The notes under the pieces are model-generated. The model did not search any database. It was not told the origin of the DNA and saw only the letters and a program-made list of their open reading frames with translations. The translations under genes and the position numbers were made by a program. A stretch of DNA of 64,000 bases, taken from positions 43,400,001-43,464,000 of the forward strand of contig NC_045712.1 of assembly GCF_009834535.1 (NCBI RefSeq), written 5' to 3'. Position 1 is the stretch's first letter; each line of letters begins with the position of its first letter. Origin of the DNA: Camelus ferus. Lineage: Eukaryota. Of the stretch, positions 27,601 to 39,050 are shown piece by piece.

Positions 27601-30600
27601 TCAAGCCACCTGCCATCTTAGCAAGCCCATGCCGTCTTCTTACGGGAAATGTTCTCTCCGTTAGTCCTCTTGAAATACCGACACCAGCTTAAAGAGCCCC
27701 ACAGGCAGCACCCCCACCCCTCACACGGTCTCAGGTGGGGCACCAGGCATTGTGTGTCTCCTGTGATGGAGCAGTAATGATGTCTTCACCTGCAGGTCAC
27801 AAAAACCCCACAGAGTGCAGGAGGGTATAGCTCAGTGGTAGAGCACATGCTTAGCATGCACGAGGCCTGGGGTTCAATCTCCTGTACCTCCATTAAAAAT
27901 GAATAAATAAATAAAAACCTGATTACCTCCCACCCCCCAAAAAAATAAATTTAAAAAAAAAGTGAAATTGTTGAAAAAAAAAAAAAGCTAAAAAAAAAAA
28001 AAAAAAACCCATGGAAAGGGGTATGTTGTTGTTTTTCATCCAACAACAAGAAGTCTGGTCTCAGGGTTGGTTCTGCAGCTGAATCAAGTCTCACTCCATG
28101 TCTTCCCTGTGCTGTTTGCAACTTACCAGAGCTTTCCCCTCCTGGCTGCATAATGGCTGCAGCAGTGCCAGGCACCTCACTCCCCTCAGCAGCATCCCAA
28201 GCAGGAATGAAGTGCAGGCACACATGTTCCTCTTGTGGCCTTTAAAAAAAAAAAAAAATCATGAGGTCCCCAGTGGACATCTTACCTTTCCCTGGTCAGC
28301 ACTAGGTCACCTGTCCCTCCCTGACTGGAACGGATCTAGGAGAGCAGAGCAGTCCCCTCTGGTAGTTTCAGCCCTTCATGGGGGGGCAGGTTCTGCCATC
28401 AGGCAGCAAAGAGAGGACAGGGTCCTGGGGGTAAGTAACCAGCAGAGTGCCACACTGGCCAGGACCGCACAGAAATGCACCCTTCCCGAGACTGACTCTC
28501 CGGGGTGCCTGGGACTGCTCCATGTCTGCAGCTGTAAGCGGTGCTTCCTGAGAGAACAGCTGGAGCTGAGCTTTGGACCAATCCTTGCTTTCCTGTCCCT
28601 GCCTCCACGCTCACATTAGACTTATGTTTTTTCAGACTTAGGTCCGACTTCTCACATGTTACAGGAAAAGTGTCTGCAGTTTCTCTTGCCACTTCTGAAC
28701 AGGTGTTTTAAGACGGTGATTTCTCAAAAGGACTCGTCCTGCTGTTTTAATGATCTACTTTTCCTTGGAATAGGGAGGGTACTGGGAAGTGATGGACGCA
28801 GTGACACAGCAAGTCAGAACTTAAGGGAAGCGACTGCTTGAGGTTCTCCCATGTGACAAGCCTGGGGAAGAGGAATTCTCAGTGTTTTCTTATTCCAAGT
28901 TCTTAGGAAAGTTTTGTCTGCTGTGGCAGGGAAAGTGCTTTTAAGTCTGCAGCAAGTCACTCACATCTGAGAGTTAGGAACTTTTGCTGCATAACAACCC
29001 CAAAAACAAGTCACTTACGTAGCTCACAGTTCTGTGGGTAGGCAAAGCTGAGTCCATCTAAGTAGTTCTTCTAGGCTGGGTGACTTAAGCTGTCCTCAGC
29101 TACCCGTCAGCGAGCAGATCTGTTTCTGGGGGTTGGCTGGCTCTTGGCTCAGGGGATGGGGGGTGAATGGGGTTCCTGGTGTGTTCACATGATGCCCGAG
29201 CAGGTTGCATGAGGGCACATGAGGCCTCGGCCTGGCCTGGGAGCTGGCCCAGTGTCACTTCTTTCTGCTGCATCATGTTGGCCAAAGCAGATCACAGCTC
29301 AGTTCAGGAGGGAGGGGAAACAGGCCACACTCTCCACAGAGAAATGGGAGAAGCTGCACAGTTACTCTGTAAGGGGGTGTGGATGGATGCAGAGCCAGGT
29401 GACGGACTGGGGCAACCCCTGTAATCAATTGTGAGGGAGAGGAAAACAGAATTTGCACTGTTGTGTGTTTGTTTGTGTCTGGAAAGTGTTTCCATGAACA
29501 TGTCACAGTGGTGGAATTTGACCGAGCTCCCACAATGTACTCACTGCCCACCCTTGTTGCAGTTGGAAAGAAATACCAAACACTTGGCTATTGTTATAAC
29601 ACCAAGAATTTTTTTTTTTTTTTAGAAAGGGGGTTGGGGGCACAATATGGGCAGCAGGTATGGGCATGAAATAGGAAAACTGTATAGTCTTTCCTTTTCT
29701 CCCTCTCAGACGGGACTGGGGTGGGACCCAGTGCTCCATCCATGCAGACACGGAATGCATGCTTTCCCTCTCATGCTTCTGCCACCTCCATGACCTAGCT
29801 GGAAACAGAAACCTTTGGCTTATTCCAGGTTGCAGCCAAGTGTTACCAAAAAGGAGGTGCACTGGAGAAGGAGAAACTGGCTTTGGCTCACAACACCGCC
29901 CTGAACATGAAATCCAAGAAAGTCAGCCCCAAGTAAGAGTCTTGGGTGGAGGTTATTTCAGGTTTGCTCTCATGAGAGCTGTGGGTTATACATATACAGG
30001 TGGCACGTCAACCTCCCATGGAAGCTCTGCTTTGTTTCCTCCTCCCAGGGAAAAGCAGGTGGAGTATTTGGAACTGGCTAAGACCTATCTGGAGTGCAAG
30101 GAGCCGAAGCTGTCCCTTAAGTGTCTGAGCTACGCCAAGGAGTTCCAGCTCTGTGCCCAGCTGTGCGAGAGGCTGGGAAAGGTATGCCTGTGGCTGCTCC
30201 TGGGAGAACTGGGCTTCCCTGGGCAGACAGAAGGGTGGCCCCCAGCCTCCGCCTGGGTCAAGACGGGGAGGTTGGCCCTGTTGACTCAGTGGGTGGCCCC
30301 TCTTTCTCCACTCACTCCATTTGTGTGTAGATGGATGCATGGACTCTGTGTGTATGCCCATGTCTGTGCCAATGTTTGGGTTTTTTTTTAATTTTTAATT
30401 GACGTGTGTTGGTTTCCAATGCTAGTTTCAGGTGTACAGCAAAGTGATTCAGTTATACATATACATACATACACATATTTCTCAGATTCTTTTCCATTAT
30501 AGGTTATTACAAGAAATTGAATATAGTTCTCTGTTTTGTACAGTAGGTCCTTGTTTTTTATCTATTTTATTTATAGTAATGTGTGTCTATTAATCCTCAG

Positions 30601-33600
30601 CTGCTAATTTATCCCTCCCCGTCCCTCTCCCCTTTGCTAACCGTAGTTTGTTTTCTATGTCCGTGAATCTGTTTTTGGTTTATAAACAGAATTTGTATCT
30701 TTTTTTTTTTTTTTAGATTCCACATATAAGTGATATCATATGATATTTGTGTTTCTCTGTCTGACTTGCTTCATGTGTCAATATTTGAGACCCAATATTA
30801 ACTACAGGGAGGCTGAATGTTCACATCAAAGGGAAGATGGGTTTTAGATATCCCTGCCTTCTCTTTCTCTGTGTTCAGTCTGGAGTCAGCCTGGGGGGAC
30901 AGTCTAGCATTTACATGGTGGTTTCTCTGTGTTCCCAGCAGTTACCCTAGGTCCGCACCGACCAATCTGACAGCCACTAACCATGTGTGGCTACTTAATT
31001 AAACATTTTTAAGTTAATTAAAATGTAATAAAGTTAAAAAATTCAGTACCTCCGTCTCATGAGCCGCGTCTCAAGTGCTCTATGGAATACAACATTTCCA
31101 TCATGGTGGACATGCTGGTGGACGGAGCTGCTGGTCCAGAGCACAGCGACTCACAGTGCAGTCAGCAGGCTGGCTCCGGCCACAAACAGTTATTACCTGC
31201 AGCGAGATTAACACTCAGGAGGAAAGTAAGCCGTTCATTGCTGTGACATCCCAGTGGTGACAGTTTTCTTAGTGATTTGTTTTTCTTCTTCTTTTTTTTA
31301 ATTGAGATATAATTGATGTATAACATTATATTGGTTTTAACTGTGCAACATAATGATTCAATATATGCATCTATTGCAAAATGATCATGGCAGTAAGCTT
31401 AGTTGATGACTATCACCACCCATAGTTATATTTAAGATCACTTTCCTTTATATGCAGAATCTAAAAAATAAAACAAACAAGCAAATATAACAAAACTGAA
31501 ACAGACTCACAGGTACAGAGAACAAACTGTGGTTACCAGAGGAGAGTGGGAGGGGGTCGGGGCAAAATAGATGAAGGGGATTAAGAAGTACAAACTACTA
31601 AATATAAACTAAGTAAGTTACAAGCTGTAATGTACAGCACAGGGAATACAGCCAATATTTTATAATAACTTTGATGGTGTGTAATCTATAAAAAAATATC
31701 AAATTACTATGTTGTACACCTGAAACTAATATAGTATCGCAAGGGAACTATACGTCAATAAAGAATAATAAAATTAAAATAAATAAAATTTTAAAAAGAT
31801 CTACACTGTTAGTAACTTTCAGATATACAATACAGTATTATTAACTATAGTCACCATGCTGTATGGAAAGCCGTTCATTTTCAAGATTTTAATTAAAAAC
31901 AATTTTTTACTGAAATATAGTTGATACACAGTAATATTATATGTTACAGATGTACAATATGGTGAGTCACAATCTTTAAAGGTTGTACTCCATTTTTAGT
32001 TATTATAAAATATTGGCTGTATTCCCCATGCTGTACAATATATCCTTGTAGCTTATTTTATACCTGATAGTTTGTACCTCTTCATCCTCCACCTCTATCT
32101 TGCCCCTCCCCCTTCCCTCTCCCCAGTGGTAGCCACTAACTAGCTGTTCTCTGTATCTGTGAGTCTACTTTTTTGTTATATTCNNNNNNNNNNNNNNNNN
32201 NNNNNNNNNNNNNNNNNNNNNNNNNNNNNNNNNNNNNNNNNNNNNNNNNNNNNNNNNNNNNNNNNNNNNNNNNNNNNNNNNNNNNNNNNNNNNNNNNNNN
32301 NNNNNNNNNNNNNNNNNNNNNNNNNNNNNNNNNNNNNNNNNNNNNNNNNNNNNNNNNNNNNNNNNNNNNNNNNNNNNNNNNNNNNNNNNNNNNNNNNNNN
32401 NNNNNNNNNNNNNNNNNNNNNNNNNNNNNNNNNTCCGTGTCTTGGCAATTGTGAATAATGGGAAGCAGTTCATTTTTACTGTATCAGTGGTTGTGGGTTG
32501 GACAGGCAGCTTCTGGCCCTCACCACAGGGTGTGTGAGGGCTGTGCTCTAGGGTGCCCAGCTGCAGCTGCTGCATTTCCCCCTGGGTCAGGCTTTAGGAC
32601 CGTCCAGTAGGGAGAGAGGAGTAACTCCTGGACCCTCACAGCACCCTGGGCATTGGGCTCCAGGTCAGTGTTAGAGGAGCTAAGGCCCTCCCCATGCTGC
32701 CTGCCCCACCCCATGTTTACTGAGAGATGTGACTAATCAGGATATGAGAGGAGGGGGTGGAATGGAGATTTCAGTGTGGGTGGATGTTTGGGTCCTAAGA
32801 GTCCCAGAACTAGAGTGGTTTCCAAACTCCACATTCCTTCGTCCTCCACCCTCCAATCTCCAAGGCACCCCCTTGGGCCCTAAGCAACAGGGGACAGACC
32901 TGAATTTGCCACTGTCCCTTGTCCCGTTTGCCTGCTAGTGCCCATCCTGACTGAGCCAGAGACCACTTTGTCGTCTGCTCACCTTGCCTCCCACCGCCTG
33001 CTGAGCTCTGCCTCTGAGAGCAGAGTAGGGCCCAGGAGGCTGTGCATCTGGCCCCCATGCCCGTCTCCATGACCTTGGTGCCTTCAGAATGTGGAGGCAG
33101 CCCTGCTCCCGGAGACATAGCCTTCCCGCCTGCCTCCACTTCCCCAGGGTTGACTACTGGGGATAACTCCTTCTGTCTTTCACAACACATTCTAGCAGCT
33201 CTGAGCCCCCCTGGGGAAGAGTCTGGTCCCCTTCTCTGCTCAGACCCCTTCCTTGAAGAGTATTCAACTTTCGGCCGGCTTCAGACCTCTTGTGGTCATC
33301 TCACCAGTCTAACCAGCATGATTCAAACAGACCAGACTTTGCAAAATCCTTAGGCCAAACCGTCTGCCTGTTTCCAGCCCCCCAACAGGTGCTAACCCCC
33401 TAGGAGAAGTGTTTGTGAGGAGCCTAAGCTTTTTTCCAGGGGTTCCTCCACCTTGCCTGTTTGCTGCCTCTCCAAATAGCATCACGGTTTCCTGGAAACA
33501 TCTCAGGACTCTTCCTCCAGGTGGCAGGAGCCAAGTGACCTAAGCAGGGGGACTGCTTGGAGCCAGCCCTCTCCTCTCTTGGTCCAGTTGGGCACACACT

Positions 33601-36600
33601 CGCACCTGATAGGGCCTGTGTTCACACAGGGGTTTTCTTCTGCGTGGTCAGCACTGTCAAGGAGAGGAAAAGAGACATGGTGGTGAGATGTTCTGGTTAT
33701 GGGTTTGACTGACGTGGCAGGATGCAGCTGGTAGCTAGCTCCCTGGTCCGTGAGGTCTCTGGATGTAGAATAACCACACTCCAGTCTTTTTTGTATTTTG
33801 GCATTTTGTGTAGCTTGTCTCATTAAATAAAACCCAGCTAAGATTTATTAGAGGGCCTGGCCCAGGTACTTTGTTTTTGTTTCATTTTCATTCTGTTCTC
33901 TCTTTGGACCTCAGGTGCAGCCAGTTGACTTAGGAAATTCAATATTCAACATATAGGTAGACCCCCTAGCCTGTGCCAGGCATTGTGAGCACTGGTCCTC
34001 CATATCTGAGGTTCCTCTGTATCCTTGGTTCCACATCACGAGTTCAACCAACTGCAGATCATGTAGTGCTGTAGTATTTACTATTTTTTAAAAACCCACA
34101 TATAAGTGGACCCATGCAGCTCAAACCCGTGTTGTTCAAGGGTCAGCTGTAATCAAATCCATGTTTCTCCCCTGAAGTTTGTGTGTCTTGGGTTTTGTTG
34201 AAGACTTTCTTTACCTCAAGGTTGCAAAGATACTCTCCTACGTTCTTCTCCAGTAGCTTTCACATTTAGATCTTTAACTCATCTGGAGCTTACATTTGTG
34301 TATGGTGTGAGGTTGGGATTTCACTTAATTTTTTTCTTGTAAAGAATTAGTTTTCCTAATATTCCCTATGTTTTAGTGTTTTTCACTGGATTCTAACACA
34401 TAGCAGATACACAACCATCCTCTTTATTATTCATAGTATCAGTTTACTTTTAAGATTATGTTATGAATATTCTAAGAGTAAAATTTTACTCTGTCCTAGA
34501 TAAGAGATGCCGCCTATTTCTATAAGCGAAGCCAGTGCTACGAAGATGCTTTCAGGTGCTTTGAGCAGATTCAGGAATTTGATCTAGCCCTCAAAATGTA
34601 CTGCCAAGAGGAGCTATTTGAAGAAGCTGCTATGGCCGTGGAAAAGTAGGTGTTTTCTCCTCTTCCTCCCCCACCTGCCCCTACCCCACCCTCCTGTTGC
34701 TCCTTGGGGACAGCCTGCCTTGGGTGGTGGTACCCTATTCTTCTAAAGTGACTTGACCATGTCACTCTCCTTGCACTTGAGTGGTAGCCTTGGGGATAGG
34801 TCAGGAATTCCTTGAAAGCTTTGATACTGTCATGAGGAAAAGGGGCAGAAGAAGAAGATAAAGGGTGTGTATGTAACCCCACACATACCTGGCAAAAGAG
34901 AAAAGTCACAGGTTAGACAATAAAAGACTAATGTGTGTGCAAGCCCCCGTCTCCCTTTTCTCAATAACCACATATCAAATGGAACAGGGTTGTATACCCA
35001 AAACCAGTAGCATGCTGTTACGAAATTTAAGGAATTTTTTTTCCAAGGATAATTTTGCTCTGCATAATTTTTGCCCTACAGACTGACTTTCAAACTTAAC
35101 TGTCACTTGCTTAGATTCCAACTCTACTCTGCTTCATTAGTTAGACATACAAATGCCTTGTTCCTGTGAGAATAAAGAATTGTATCAGTGTAAAATGAAG
35201 CCTTTCTAAAGATGCTGGATAACTTTAGGTTCTATTTTGAGGTTCATATTGACATGTGGGCATTTCATAGTTGCTCTATGCTCTGTTTTGTCAATTACCG
35301 ATTGGGTGATAATGAGCTGACACTGGTGTTGCCTGTCATTGCAGGTATGAAGAAATGCTAAGGACCAAGACCTTTCCCATCTCCAAGCTCTCCTACTCAG
35401 CCAGTCAGTTTTACCTGGAAGCTGCAGCCAAGTACTTGAGTGCAAATAAGATAAAGGAGATGATGGCTGTGCTCTCGAAGCTGGACACAGAGGACCAGCT
35501 GGTGTTCCTCAAGTCTCGGAAGCGGCTGGCGGAAGCTGCAGACCTCCTGAACAGGGAAGGTCGAAGAGAAGAGGCTGCCCTCCTGATGAAGCAACACGGC
35601 TGCCTCTTAGAGGCGGCCAGGCTCACCGCCGACAAGGACTTCCAGGCCTCGTGTCTGCTGGCGGCCTGCCCGCCTCAACGTGGCCAGGGATTCGGATGTG
35701 GACCAGACCAAGGCCATCCTTAGAGAAGCCCTTGAGCTCTGCCATCAGACCAATCAGGCATCCGGCATCGCGGAGGCTCACTTCCTGCAGGGGGTGATCC
35801 TGAGAGACTTTCAGAAGCTCAAGGACGCCTTCCTGAGGTTTGACAAGCTCAACCACTCCGCAGGAGCGGTGGAGGCCCTCTCCGAAGCCGCCAGCCAGTG
35901 TGAGGCTGACTCTGACAGTGTCCTGGCCCTGGCTCCAGGGGGCTTGGAAGTCCTCCTCAATCTGGTCAGGGCCCTCAAAAGCGTGACCAACAACGCAGAG
36001 AAGGAAATGGTCAAGTCTTGCTTTGAGTTTTTTGGGATTTCCCAGGTGGATGCCAAGTATTGCCAGATAGCTCAGAACGACCCTGGACCCATATTAAGAA
36101 TAATTTTCGACCTGGATGTGAACTTGAGAGAGAAGAAAGTGAAAGAGCATTTCTTGATTATGACGGACCAGGTGAAATTAGCCATCAACAAACACCTTTT
36201 GAGCAGGCTGTGTCAAATCACACGGAGCCTCCTGGGGAAGACCTACCCGAGCGTCTGCAGGAGGTTTATCGTCGGCTTAAAGTGTGAGGATGAAGACTGT
36301 GAAGATTTCCACAGGCCTCTGCGGCGCTGTGAGGCCAAGTGCGTGGTTCAGACAAAGATACACCTAGTGGCGATCAATGGACTGCTTTTGGAAGCCAAAA
36401 AAGTATTCCCCAAAAGCTTAGCTGAAGAACTTGAAGAAATCGATTGTATTTTGTCTACGGATAAGTATGGCTTTTGCAAATCCTTCCTGAATGTCCTCTT
36501 CCCCAAGCATTTCCATCAAAGAGTGTTGTCGGAAAACCCCATGGCGTGCAGAGAAATCCTCAAGCCGCATTACAAGTCCTTCCGCTCCTACAAGTCTGCC

Positions 36601-39018
36601 CTGAAAGAGTACGTCCATTTTGTGTTTCAAAACGAACGGCCCCGGAGCCGCCGGGAGTCCACGGACCTGTGGCTGAGCGCCATGCAGGCTTTTCTCCTCT
36701 CTGCCAGCTATCCTGAGGAGCTTGAAAAGCTGCTCCACCGGGAGGAGGACAATTACAACAGGGAACTCAAAGCCCTCCAGGCGGACAAGGAGGAAAGGGG
36801 AAGCGGGAGGGGCAGCAGGACGAAAGGAATAGAAGGGAAGTTCGGCATGCTGGCGCCCAACAAGGATGCTGAGAGTGCGGAGAAGACCCATTTGTGCTTC
36901 ATCCGGCTGCTGGAGGATTCCATCCAGCAGTTGTACGTGCACAGGAACCCCGAAGGCTACAAGAGGCGCTTTTTCCGTTTCATGAACGTCCTTGTTAAGA
37001 GGTGTAAGGAACCACTCATCCCTAGCATCGGGAACACAGTGGCCCTGCTGGAGTTACAGTTCGTCCACTGTGGGGCAGTCCTGGCCCGTCTTTGGAAGAA
37101 GGCCATCCTGTGCCTCCCCAAGAGCTACATCGCGCTCTTGCACTACTGGGAGTTCCTGTTCAGCAAGAGGGAGCCCGGGGACGTGTTCTCCATCATTCAG
37201 GAGTACAGACCGAAGGACGTGACCAGAGCCATTCAGGCTTTCCAGTTACACCTGTCCTACCTCGTCAAGGTGCTGTGCGGCTGGGAGAACGCGAACTTCA
37301 ACGTCCTGCTTGATGCCTTCAGTGAAATAGACTATGTGGTCTCCGGGGAGGCAGAGCGGACCCTGGTGCTGTGCCTGGTGATGCTGCTGAATGCGGAGGA
37401 GTTTCTGCAGCCGTCCTGCAAGCCTCTCCTGTCCCGCCACTTCCAGAAGATCGAGGCGAGCCTGCAGCTGATGAGCACGGACTGCCCGGACCAGGTCCCT
37501 GAGAGACTCCTCAGAGTGGTGAAGCGCGTGCTGATGGCGGGCAACGTCAAGTCCGTGGCAGAGGCGCTGCAGGACTTGCTCTTTGAGCGGGACGAAGAGT
37601 ACCTGATGGACTGCCACTGGCGATGGGACAGCGGGCACCCCAAAGGGGCCGGGGTGTGCGGCCTCTACCACGAGGAGGTCAGACTGAACCGCCTACTCTC
37701 CTGTGGACCCCGTGGGCTACTTTGCCGAGCCAGAGGGTGAGTTCGGTCAGGACGAGACGGAGGAGCTGGCCTCTGAGGACCGGGACCACCACCTCCTGGC
37801 CGCCATCCTCTCGCAGAAGCAGCGGAAGGCTTCCATCCAGCGGAAGCTGAGGAGGGCATGCCTGGTGGTGTCCTTGTGCATCAGCTGGAGGAGGAGGGCA
37901 GGGGCGCAGACCGAGCGCTTCCAGGAGGAGAGCGGGGAGCCGGTGGCCCGAAACTTCAAAAAGGCCGACGTGGACCGGACCCAGTGCGACCTGTGCGGAG
38001 TGAAGTTCATCCGAGGTCCCGAGAACTATTTCAGTCCAGGGAACTACTTTGGCCCGGATCAGGCAATTCAGGGAGCAGCTTCTGGGGCTGTGGCCCTTTC
38101 CGGGGCTGAGCTGAACGACGAGGAAGGTCGGGAGAGGAACAGTGAGTCTTACGAGGAGCACATCCGCCTGAAAGGCCACCACAAGCAGCAAGTGGCCTAC
38201 CAGAAGTACTGGAAATTTTTCCGCGAGAGGGTGGACCCGGCTATTGAGAAAGGCAAGCTGGTGGTGCAGGACATCGAGCAGAGCGTGTGGGTCCGCAGCC
38301 ACCTGGGCTCCAAAGAGCAGAGCCACATGCTGCAGGGGAAGGTCCAGGAGAACATCAAGAGGGTTTTGGACGCAGTGGAGGATCTCTACAGGCGGAAGGC
38401 CTGGGCTGACGGTGAGGGTCCTCGGAAGTCGGGCCCAGATGGTCTTAGAACCCAGGCTTTGAGAACGTAGGTCCCAGTCGAGTCCTTTGTGCTCCAGGTC
38501 TGACCTGGGGATGGTGGAATCTTGGCATTGGCAGAAATACAAGTGAGACAGTGGATTTCCAACTGCAGCAAAGCCCCAGTGGTTTGGACCACCCTCCCCC
38601 AATTAACAGGGTGTGATTGTCTTGGGCCAGGATAGTTTCCTCTGGAGTGACAGGCAAGAATTTACTCCCCAACTCTATGGAATGGATTTGGGGAGAGTGT
38701 TTTGAGTCTTGAGGAAACTCTTTAAGTTTCCCCCATTCATTTAGTCAGTGATCATTTCTTGAGTACCTACTATGTGCTGAGCCCTTGACTGAGATCTAGA
38801 GGTGTGGGTAGCTAGTCTCTTCCTTTTAGGAGGGCTCTTATGCCACACCCAGTGGGGGCCTTTAAGAATTCTTATGTAGGCTTTGAATCAGATTTCCTTA
38901 GAAAGTACCCCAACTAGAAAGCCCGCCAAATGGGTGGGCAAGTCTGCCCCAAACCTGTGGGTCCTTGCCTGCCAATAGAGAAAGAATTCTCAGTGGAAGT
39001 AGAGGGACAAAGTGAAAA

Positions 39019-39050
<32 letters not shown>

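Noticed and set aside
29759-30391. 210-aa ORF reading through the 116-nt intron
   Set aside because: Only 30049-30181 matches TRANK1; the upstream exon is in a different frame, so intron retention would frameshift.
37830-37895. IQ calmodulin-binding motif (IQRKLRRACLVVSLCISWRRR)
   Set aside because: Only IQxxxR matches; the Gly and second basic position are missing.
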